A stretch of 64,000 nt of DNA from Isurus oxyrinchus (lineage: Eukaryota), in contig JANJGN010000005.1 in NCBI GenBank assembly GCA_026770705.1, positions 21,328,001-21,392,000 of the forward strand, written 5' to 3'. Positions 24,501 to 36,500 of this stretch are shown in pieces. The notes below the pieces were generated by a model that searched no databases, was not told where the DNA came from, and saw only the letters and a list, made by a program, of their open reading frames with translations. Position numbers and translations under genes: made by a program. Position 1 is the first letter of the stretch, and every line of letters starts with the position of its first letter.

Positions 24501-27500
24501 CAACTTCTGTAGTTCGCGCCCCCCTCCATCAGGGTTATGTTTACCCGCATTATCTGTGTATCCAATTGTGGTTGCCCCCCACCCCCGAAACTTTGCTTAT
24601 CCACGATTAAAAGTGTAACAATCCAGATGCCCCAAGTGATATTTAAACAGCATACACCTGTGGAATGTGTGGCAAACCCCATGTTTTGGGACCTTCTTAA
24701 AGTACTGGTGCCACTGCACACTTACAAACATTGTACTCAAAGTGTTGCTGCTCCCCTGCCCACCAAGCTTTTTTTATACTAAAAAATTAAACAGCACTTA
24801 CACTAGCAAAAGATTTAAAATTTCTGCACATGGTCCTGAAAGGTTAATTAAGAACTTCATAAAATTCTTCAGAAACCATAAAAAAAACGTTTGTCCTCTT
24901 TTCCTTGAAGAAAGCGTGCAGTACAAATATCCCTTCACTATGTGCAGTCTCCATGTGCACGTGTACAATACTGTGATTTGTAAATTGCACTATAGGTATG
25001 TACTGTATTCTGTAATAGAAAAGCTTTAAATTGTTTTCTTGTGTTGACACAATTCAGCAAAATTGTCATCAATTTAATTTTAAAAAATAGTTTTAATTGA
25101 CTCCATCAATATAAAATTGTGAAATTTGGGGATGGCTGGAACATATCCAATTCAGTCCCATAATAAACTGTCATTCGCGATTTCACCTTTCGAGAGATCG
25201 TGGGAACGGAGCTCCCCCACCCCCAAATGACAGGAGTTGACTACTGACTTTCAAAGTAACATACTTTATATGTAATGTAACCCATTGATCAGACCTGAAT
25301 TGCATTGGATAGTTATGTAAAATATTTTGGGATAGAAAATAGCAGCCTTGTGAATTATGTAAAGAAATCGCAAGCAGCAACTTCTGTTGTAACATAGAAG
25401 AAGCATTATATTTGCCAATAAATTCATTGCTTCTAAATTTGTAGGATAAAGTGAAGCATGAATTATAAACTGTGATCAGAATACGTTAATCTCATGCAGC
25501 TCTGGTATTGTGCGTTGGTGCTGTTTCATACTGAAGTTAAAATACAATGATCTTAATGGGTAGTAGATACATAATTTTTAACTGAAATACATAATTTTCT
25601 TTCATTATAGATCATTGTTCTGTGGCAGATCAGGTAAACTTGAGGCCATTGACTCATTCTTCACCAAGCCAAGTAACAGATTTACAAACTGCCACAAGGT
25701 AAAGAGGTTTTCTTTCGCGCGTCCCTGTTCAATTTTATGAATATTGTTTTGGGTGCATCCACAAAGTGGCAGGTTACTCAGACCAGAAGCTTGAAACATT
25801 TCTAATTACTTAGGCACCTTATTCAGTAGAATCTTAGCATGTTTTTTGCAAAGTGAGCACTCTGAGCACTTTGCTGAAATCTGTCGTTCAAAACCAATTT
25901 ACAAAGCTCTATTATCCAACCATGAGTAAGAACTCTGGGGTGGCCATCTATGAATTGGCTGCCCAGCTAGTCTGAAGCTTCCTTTAAAAAAGGGCAATAA
26001 GCATCCCAGATTAGTTCCAAATTAGTGCTGTCATGAATGGTCTAGTACAGAGGAGAGATACTGGCCTGTGCATTTGATGTCTGTAATGGCAATGTATAGA
26101 GATAATTGTTGAATAATTTTATCGTATTTTTAAAACTTCAGAGAGGAAATGGGATTTTTTTCTTTTAACGATATTTCTTTAGATAACCTCTGATTTTCAA
26201 AGAGCCACTTCAAAATATGAAGACCACTCCTCTGGTTGAGTTAATAAATTCAACACTGTTCATAAAGCTGAACCATACATTTGTAACAGCAAGATCCCAG
26301 ATTCTGTTTTCGGTTAGGTGATGCAGGCTAGGGTGCCAGTCGGGGCCTGGTGCTTCTAGATTTGGGAGCAGAGAAAATCAGCTATACTTTTTGCTTGTTT
26401 GCTATCCAGAGGTCCATGTTGGGAAATGTAGGACTTTGATCCTTGGATGAGGATGGGATCTAGCTTAGCTGTGATTCTTTCCTTCCTCCTCCTTCCCCAA
26501 CAGTTGAATAGTTTGCTTGTGTACTGTGTTGCTTCAAACATGAAAATTAGACACATGGCAAGGTACTGAAACTTGGCCAACTTCTGTAGAAACATAACCT
26601 ATGGGAAAGGAGGGGAGAAATTGAATAAAGTAACAGAAAAATAGCCTGCCTGGCTCTTGGATGGTGGTTATCATGGATCGCAATAAATTTTGCCTATTTT
26701 TCAAAACCCATCCAGGCTGAGCAGAAAGGTGTGCCATAATCTTAAAAATAATCATACTTTTGACTAGGGTTGTACTGCTTGAAAGACTATTAACAACAGA
26801 ATCCCTATAAACATATTTTCAAAGTAGTTAGAATCGAGCCTGTGAATGGGGTTAATCTTGAGTAAAATCATTTACCAGTTACTGTATTGCCCCGAGAGAT
26901 TAATCTAATAGTAAATTTTGTGCCTGTTTCAGCCTGGAGACACTGCCTGGTGTAGAATAAAGCCATACAGAGCAGTGACCCTCCTTCAATTTTTGATCTT
27001 TGCATTAGCAGATCTCATCTAGACCAGCAGATGGAGTGCTGCAGTTGACTGCTGGAAAGACTGCAGTTTGTCCAAGGATGAGCATCTGGGCAAGTTACAG
27101 TGCCCTTTGGTAAATAGGCTACTGACATTCTCTGTCATGAACTCCAGTGAGTACTGGAAATCTACCAGTATCCAAGGAACTGGGGAACTTGGGACCGGTG
27201 GAAAAAGAGGGCAAACAAAACTATCATTGTCTTACATTGATGGTTTATTATCTTAATGTGTTAATTGCAGGGCTGATTTTCTATTCCTTAAAGTACATTT
27301 TCCCTTTTCCAGCAGTTCTTCCTCATTGACATACTCCAACCCAAACCTTAGCAGACTGAGCTATATCTCTGGTGTTGACACAACACTGCAAAACAGCACT
27401 GCCATTGATGGTCCAGCGAATGCTAAGGTAGGAGAATGCTGTGAAACCTGAAATAGCAACTTAGATTTATATAAGCAATTTTAACATATTAAAATGTCCC

Positions 27501-30500
27501 AAAGTATTTCATAGGAACGTTATCAAACAATATTTAACACTAAGCCACATAAGGAAGTGTTAAGAGAGGTTTAGGAAAGGAACTCCAGAAGGTAGGACCC
27601 AAGCAGCTGAAGGCACAATGACCAGTGGTCAGAATTAGAGGTGCATACATACTTTGGTAAACTTTGGGAAGGATGGGGTTACAAGATAGGGAGGGACAAG
27701 GCCATGGAGGGATTTGAAAATCATTGGGAGTTATAAAATCAAGGCATTGCCTGACCGGAAGCAGGTTAGGGAATACAGGGTGATGGATGAGAGGATAAGG
27801 GCAACAGTTTTGGGTGAGCACAAGTTTACCTGGGGTGCAAAGTGGAAGACTGGCCAGGTAAGCATTGGAATAATTGCATCTAGAAGCAACAAAGGCATGA
27901 ATGAGGGTTTCAGCAGAAGACCTGAGGCAGGGTGGAGAGGACATCTTAAAGCTGAAAGTAAATAGGTAAATGAAGTGGCACTCCTCAGTGTTGGGTTATT
28001 GCACTGCCTGCTGTGAAAGACATTTCAAAAGATTTCCAGATCACAATTTCTGATCAATGCACAAATTTTCAATTATAACCACTTGCTTGAAGAAACAAAT
28101 GTAGGAAGCACTTAGCAAAAAAAAATTTCTGCTACCAAAGCAGAAACATACAGCAAGCAAGGTGGCATCAGAAAAGTAAAACAGATCAACATTTCAGTTA
28201 GGCAGCAGCATTTTAACTTTTGATCTCTGATGAAGGATTTCTACTTATTTTTCGTTACGGACGCTAATATTCATGCCATGTACCAGCAGCATTTTCTGTT
28301 CAGTTTTATTTCCAACATTTGAAATTTCTTTATTCTCTTCTCAAGGGCAACCAGGGATGGGCAATAAATGCTGGCCCAGCCAGTGAAGCCCACATCCTGT
28401 GAATGAATGAAAAAAATATTGTTTTTGTGCGCACACATAAAATTTTAAAGGCATCTAGCTTCCTTGCAAATAAAATCATGGGTACAACTGGTAAGGCCGA
28501 AAATGGTTTGTAGTTTGTGTAACTGAGTGTGGATGATTTGCAAGTTGCTCGAATTCAGGGATGTTGCCAAATTACCCATAAATGATTGAAAATCAACTGA
28601 TGGTTTTGATCACGGAATGCTAATAGTCAAAGTGCATTTCAGTAGGAAAACCTGAATGTCAGAAAGTGCTACTTCACGCACTGTAGAGGAAACCTGGAAT
28701 TCTTTTCCCCCAAAAGCTGTTTGGGCTAGAGTCAATTGAAAATTTCAAAACCAATGATAGTTTTTGTTAATCAAGGATATTAAGGGTCAGGGTATCAAGA
28801 CTGGTAGATGGTGTTAAGATACAGGTCAACCATGATCTAACGAACTGGGGTAACAGGCTGAAGGTCTACTCCTGTTCCTATATTTCCTCTTAACCCAACT
28901 GCTGGCCATAGATTATTAATCGTCTCAATTTTTTAGTACTATACTGTCCAGTGAAAGCATTTATTCTCAGTTGGGCATATGTATTAATCTTGCTGGATTA
29001 GAACAAACTGAACTTGAATTGGAGTACAAGGAAGCATTAATAGGATTTTTTTTGGAAGGGTGTTCTTATGTCCTCTTGAGCAATAAAGCATAGCTTAAAA
29101 GCAAGGTTATGTGGTATAATTTGTGGTCCCATAATAACATCAGGTTTAACCCCCACCCCCAATAAATCATGTGGTCTTTTTTTTTAAATGGCGTTGGGAA
29201 GGGTAACAAAACATGCTTTAGGTTTTAAAAGAAACTATATATGCTTTTTGCCACTCAGACTGTGATAATTTGCCTCCACATTTAGAGGTAGTGGTCCAAG
29301 GTTGTATTGAATCACTGAATGAGGAGAGGCCATTGACTTGGTGTCTTGGACCTTTACTTATTCACTTAAGTAAAAGACTAATGCATATCTCTTACTACCA
29401 TTAACCTGAATCTTTTAGATTTTGGCCAATTATTTCTTCTTGTGTTACCTACGTTCCTTCACTAAATCTGAATAGAATACAGAAAGGATGAAAGATGTGA
29501 ATTGTTTACTCTGACCATAGATCAACAACATCAAGCAATTATTTACATACAAACTAAATTTATAGGTTCTCTCTGGTATGGTCCTGAGTTGTTGGATCTG
29601 CCTTTAATGCCAGTTGCTCCAGTCTCTGAGCAAATGGCAAAGGCAGTGAATTTGGATTGTTAATAGTCTCAACAGTAGATGTAATTAGTGCAAGAAGAAT
29701 GCAGATGAAAGTATTGATCCATTGCTTTCTGCCAGATCATTCGTTATTCTTTAATCTTGCTGCATGCTCTTATATTTTCTATTTACTTGTTTTCTCCCTA
29801 CTTAATTTATTCAAACTTCAAATCTCTTTTCGCTCCTCTTGCCCTTTCAGTCAGTTTCAGAAGTTTCTCAGAGTTCATTTGGTGTACAAGCTCTTAATGT
29901 CAGTTACAGATTAACTTTTATGGCCAATATCACCACTGAAAATGGTGACTGAGAAGTGGATGTCTCAAACAATATGGTTCTCCCTCCTTTCTTTTGTTTA
30001 GCAGATTTTGTAACTCCGGAATATACCAGGTTTTTAAAATTAGAAAGCGGTTCAATAGGATAGACAGAAAAAATGTTTCCATTTGTAGAGGAAACCAAAA
30101 GTGGGGGCGATAAGTATATAGGTAGTCACCAATAAACACAATAAAGAATGTGGTAGAAACGTCACCCATAGTGTGATTAGAATGTGGAACTTGCTACCAA
30201 AAGGAACGGTAAAGGAAATAACATTGTCTTTCAGGGGAAGCTAGATCGATACATGGGTGGGAAAGGAATTAAAGATATGTTAATAGGATGGGAGGATACT
30301 TAGATGGAGCATAAAAATGGACACCGATCTGTTAGATCAAATTGCCTATTTTTGGTTCTGTAAATTCTATGCAATATACTTCGTGAAAACTGTTCTACAT
30401 ATTTTAAATTGGGTGCTATCTGTCGGTTTACAATATTACAGCCTGAGTTTCTGAAAGGTCATACTGGAAACATTATGATATTTTAAAAAAAAATAAATCT

Positions 30501-33500
30501 GTGACAATGTGTTCTGAACTCATATATATTTGGAAGACCTTTAGGTTAGAAATAATTGACTGATGTCACACCACAGCTGAGTTGTACAGTTTGGTCTGAG
30601 TTCAGTGAATGAAAGTTTTAAGACTGGGGAAAATAAATCAGAAGCTTTACAAAAACCAGAAGACCAAAAAAATGTGTGGAACCCATAAGAGAGTAGATTG
30701 TATGTAGTGTTCAGGAGCCAGCAACTTTCTGGTTTCATGTTTATACTGTATTTGCATATAAATACAGCCCATAATTGTTAAGAAATAACTATGGTCTGCC
30801 AATACCTTTAGCAAACCAACCTACAGTGTATTCTGTTCCTAAAAGTATAATTTTCTTCCACAGAATGACAAAACCATCGAGCTAAGCACTACAATTATTC
30901 GATCAAGTCCCACTCCAACGCCAGATCAAACTCTAGTTAATCCAAGTGAATTGACAATTTCAAGCTCGTTGGAGGAACATACAGATGATTCTTGCAATCC
31001 TCGCTCACAGCCAAGACAATCGGGTTGTGATAAACAGCAAAGCCATGAATGCAAAAGTTCTGTGGATAAAGCTGAAGATGGATGTCATTTACAAATAGCT
31101 GACATATCTTCTCCACAGTCTGAGGAAGCAAAGATACTACAATCAAGTAATCAGCAATTGGGTGCTTTTCCTCCTGCAGCATCAGGCAAGCCAATGGTGT
31201 ATGAAGAATCATCTACAATACAAAAAGCTGATCATGTTCATGCATCTTGGCATGACAAGATGAACAGAATACATTGTAGAGACAACATTCAAGGATCCTA
31301 CACAACTAATAGTGGGTTAGGTGTTCTCCCACCATTAAATACTAATTGCAGATATATGCCCATTTCAAGCTTTAAACCTCAAGGAGCTTCTTCAGATGGG
31401 CCCACGGCAGGCCCGACATTACTTACTGGACATTCATTATTAACAACTCCACTGGCCCAGCAGTATCTGGGAACTCTGACCTCCACTTCCAATTGTTTAA
31501 ATGTGCCTTTGACCTCATGCCACTTGGGCAACACTTTGTCTTCTAATATACATAATCTTGCAACTGGTTTGCCTGGTGCTAATTTGCTCATTGGAAATAT
31601 TCAAGCATTTGGGACTCACCTTGATCCTAAACTGGGGGCAAGGATGTTAGACCCAGCTCAATTCTACAGTGCACACACCATACCTTTGGACTCGCAGTCT
31701 ATTAGCTACCAACCTTCTAGAATTGGCATGATTGATCAGTGGTCAGGTGGACATCAATTGAGAGATGTTGGTACGTATTTTTCTGGTATCTTTCTGGAGC
31801 TGAAGTTGCTGTTGGAACTAGATGTGCTGATATTTTTTTCAAAAAGCAAAACAGAAAAAGCACCATGCTTCATTACCCCTTTGATACACTATAGAAGTAT
31901 AGCCTCATTCATACTTTGACTTGCCATAGGACTTTTACTCTGGGGAATTATGTGTCAACAGGAAAATGTCATATCACTTCATTGCACCTAAAACAATGCA
32001 CCACATATGGTTTTGCACCATACAAGATCCACAATATTACGTAAGTTCATTTTTCTGCAACTAAACTTCTTGGCTCATCCCTGACTTGCTGCCAGATTGA
32101 AGTTAGTATCCCCAGCTCTACAGGTGTAGATTGTACGAGACAGATTGTCAAGTATGTTTATATCCAAGTGTGAATAATGCAGATTTTGTTTTCATTTTGA
32201 AGTTTTCCAGAAGCCCAAGGTGGTGGTGTTACTGGGTAGATTAAAATATTAGATGAATCTTTTCTAATCCAGCTTTTTAGAAGTAACACACACAACTATA
32301 ATCTGCTCTCTAGATAGCCATATAAAAAGCAAATGAAACAGAAAAAATAAATGAACAACATTCAATAGCTAAAGTTGACAATATAATATTGCATTTGGTA
32401 GAGTTTCCCAAGCTGGGCTTCAGTCATGTGGCATGATTTATGAAATACATTACCTGGATTGCAAAAGTATATTTAGTTCAGCATGTCTGCACCAACATAC
32501 GATGGAGGTTTTCTGTTTATGAGATGTTAGTTTGCACCTTAGTTATCTCTGTTCAGCGAAACTGGAGCGTCTTCTTCAGGGCATAAGTCTGGGCAAAATT
32601 TATAGAGACCCTGGGCTGTCCAAACGTCAAGGTCCCTCCTTTTGACCCCCCTGTTGGGTCCGAAATGATGCAGAGCACTACATTTGACCCCAGCTTGGAT
32701 GCAAGAATTGCCTGAAAGATGACTGAGTCAGGTCTATACCTGCTTTTGGGCTGTACTCTAAACTTTTTGTCAGGGTTTACTACCTTAGTCTTTACCTCTC
32801 CAGTGGGGCTATTTTCCCCTAGCTGGGAGTTTGGTTCATGAGCACCAGGGCATGTCCACACACCACTGGGCCTACAGGCTGCATGCCTGGGGACCATATT
32901 TCCTTTGGGTTTCTCAGAAGCTTTAGTTTGGAGCCACAAGGTACCCAGTTTCCATGTGTTACCATGAGGAGGCACAGCTGAGGACTTGCCTGTGGAGAGA
33001 CTGTGTATTGACAGGGAAAGACTTGTGCAATAAAAACAAAAATTGCTAGAAAAACTCAGCAGGGTCTGACAGCATCTGTGGAGAGAAAGGCAGAGTTAAC
33101 GTTTCGAGTCTGTATGACTCTTCCGTTCTGAAGAAGATACGGATTCGAAACGTTAACTCTGTCTTTCCACAGATGCCGTCAGACCTGAGCTTTATCAGCA
33201 ATTTTTGTTTTGTTTTTTTCAGATTTCCCGCATCCACAGTATTTTGCTTTTGTCTAAGGATTTATGCACTTGGCTCCATTTTTCACATTGCGACTAACCA
33301 GGTGTATAGGCTGAAAGTAAAAAGCACACAAGAGCTCTAAGCACTTTACAAAATGCAGTGATATTCTCACCTTCATTGTTTCTATATAGTGTGATTTTAT
33401 AAATTTGACTGATTCACAAAATGTATTAGGAAGGAATGACGGCACAAACACAGTAAGCCTAAAAACCAAGACAAACTTGACCCTGTTAGGGAGAGAGAGA

Positions 33501-36500
33501 TGTCTTTGGATATGCACTACAATTATGTAGGATGCTGAGGCAAGTAAGGGTGGAAATTGCAGAGGCAATGGTTATAACCATCCAATCCATGGATAAAGGG
33601 AAGGAGAATTCCAAATAATATACCCTTGTTCAAAAAAGGGTGCAAAGTTAAATTCAGCAACTACAGGCCACACAGTTTATCCTTGGTGGTGGAAAAGCTT
33701 TTAAAAACGATATCCAGAAAAAAACTAGTCGCTTGGACAAATGTGGATTAATTAAGGAAAGTCAGCACAGAGGCTAATGTGGTTAACTATTTGAGTAACA
33801 GAGGGTTGATGAGGGTAATGCAGTTGATGGTGTTTATATGGACTTCCAAAACGCACCTGATTAAAGTATTATAACTGATTTGTCAGCAAAGTTGATGCCT
33901 ATGGAATAAACAAGACAGTGGCAGCATGGAAATGAGTTACAGGAAACAGTAGTGGTGAATGGTTCTTTTTCGGAAGATGAAGAGTGGGGCTCCCCAGGAG
34001 ACACCGTTGGTTTTCAGAATCTGTATTAATGACATAATGTGGGTGTGAAGGGTGCAATTTCAAAACTTGGAAGCATTGTGATCTGAGGATAGTGCTAGAC
34101 TTCGAGGACATAAACAGGTTGGTGGAATGGGCAGACATGTAGCAGATGAAATTTAATGTAGAGAAGTGTAAAGTGATGCATTTTGGTAGGATGGACGAGA
34201 AAAATCAATTTAAGATAAAAGGGTACAATTCTAAGGGGGTGTAGGAGCAATGGGGCCTGGCGTATATCTGCACGTTCGAGGTGACAGCACAGGTTGAGAA
34301 ATCAGAAACCATTTGGGATCTTGGGATTTACAAATAGAGTACAAAAGCAAGGATGTTCTGATGAACCTTGAATATTTTGTCCAATTCTGGACACCACTCT
34401 TTAGCAAGGATACATAGACATTGGAAAGGGTGCAGTAAAGATTTAGGAGAATGGTTCCAGGGATGAGGAACTTCATTAACATGGCTAGATTGGAGAAGCT
34501 GGGGCTGTTCTCCTTAGACAAGAGAAGGTTGAGAGGAGACTTGATAGAGGTATTCAAAATCGTGAGGGACCTAAACAGAGTAGTTGAGGGTAAACTATTC
34601 CCATTGGTGGAAGGATCGAGAAACAGAGGACACCCATTTAAAGTGATTGGCAAAAGAACAAGAGTGGACAGGAGGAAAAAATGTTTTTATACAACAAGTA
34701 ATGAAAGACACTGCCTGGGTGTGTGATGGAGGCAGATTCAATTGTGGCTTTCAGACTGTAATTGGATAAGCACCTGAAGAGAAATAACTTGCAGGGCTAT
34801 GGGGGGGTGAAGGCTGGAGAGTGCAAGAGCAACTTGGCTGAAAGCCAGAGAGCTGGCATGGATTCGCCAGTCCGAATGGCCTCATTCATTGTTGTAACCA
34901 TTGTAATTCTATACTGAGACCACACCTAGAATTCTGTGCTCTGTTTTGGATGAGGAAGGATGTACTTGCCTTTAAGGTAGTACAGCGAAGATTCACAAGA
35001 TTGGTCCCTGAGATGAGAGGGTGGCCCTATGCGAGGCCAAGTAAATTGGATTTATATTCTCGAGTTTAGAAGGATGAGAGGTAATCTCGTTGAATTATTA
35101 AAATTCTGAAGAGGCTTGACAGGACTGAGGTTGTTTCCTCCTGGCTGGTGACTCAAGAACAGGGGCACGGCCTCATGATTAAGGTTCAGTTACTTATGAC
35201 TGAGATGAAGAGATATTTCTTCATTCAAAGAATTGTGATTGTTTGTTTGGAATTCTCTAGCCCGGGCAGTTGTAGATGTTCCATAGTTGAATATATTCAA
35301 GAGTGGGATAGATGGATTTTGATCTGAATCGAGGAATGTGGGGAAAGCAGAGTTGAGATAGGGGATTAGCCATGATCATATTGAATGGCAGAGCAGGCTC
35401 GAGGGTCTGCATGGTCTACTCTTCCTATTTCTTCTGTTGTCCAGTTCATACACTTGTTGAGAATGTTGGTGCCACTTGATGCTGAACAATCAGTGATTTA
35501 ACTTAAATTTATGTTGGGAACTCACCAGAATAGGGTGATGATGAAATTGCAATGGCACCCACAAGCACCAAGGAACCTTTGAAGATCCTTGGTACTGAAA
35601 GGTTACTGGCACTGGGTTTTCTGTACTGAGAAACTGCTGGCACAAGACATTTTCACTTAGTGGTGCCAGCATTGTATCCAAACAAAAGGCAAATTGCACC
35701 TGATCTCTGCAAGAAGGTAATTATCAGTCCAGTAGCATAGGACTTCTCTCAAGGGCTCAGATTTCAGGTGTGGCATCACCAGGGAAATTATTGGTCAAGC
35801 AACTTCAGTGCCAGATGGTATCAACCATTCTTCAGTGCATGTTCCCCCAGAGTTAGTCAAACCCACATGTAAATATAACCAAGGGGCATTGGAACAACTG
35901 TCAAGTAGTAATCCAAGAAAGCTTTGTACTTAGTCCTGGTTGTGGAAGATTGGTAACATTATAGTCTTCAGCAGTAAGGGAATTCAGCAGTGAATCTTTA
36001 CCGAAATAACTTATGAGAAATCAGAGCTGAATGTATGATCTACTGGCGCAGCAATGCAGCCACTAATTTGACTGGATTGATTAGAAGCATTATTTTTGTA
36101 GTGAGTTAGAGTGAGGAGGAGGGGAAATAAATAATGGTAAATGTCCCAAGGATGCATTGTTCAATCAGAGCTCCAAATATACTGTTAGTTTTCATCTTTA
36201 ATCTTCAAGTGAAAATAGAGATATTGGCAGAGGTGTGGAAGCAATTTGATGACTGAATCACTGTGTTATATCATATTTTAAGCCCTAAAAGAATGGTGTG
36301 GTTTAATAATTTTGTAAGCTGATAGACTTTGATGCAATTTTTTTTCTTCTTAACTCAGCGTTCTTTTTCCCAAAAAAATTCTATTGTGTTAGGCCATGTG
36401 CTGGTCCCGGAGGAATTGAAGTTTCCAAACTCATGTTGTGTTGGAATAGCATCGCAAACATCACTCAGCATGTTCAATCCAACTGAACGGTGGATGCAAG

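Noticed and set aside
26933-27110. Exon-like segments with acceptors at 26932 and 27008 and a donor near 27109
   Set aside because: Stop codons occur in the phase-2 frame required after exon 12, and there is no CEP192-like motif.
30445-30480. ctgaaaggtcatactggaaacatta, hammerhead-like fragment
   Set aside because: Core and stem II are too degenerate and no Penelope tail follows; cannot be separated from chance.
30951-31919. 322-aa ORF as a stand-alone gene
   Set aside because: Internal CEP192 exon 30864-31770; the ORF tail runs into the intron.
32553-32975. 140-aa minus-strand ORF in a GC-richer patch
   Set aside because: No recognisable domain or splice context; probably an unclassified repeat that I cannot identify.
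33015-33270. Possible TSD aagacttgtgca / aggatttatgca around the palindrome
   Set aside because: Only 9 of 12 positions match, too weak to call.
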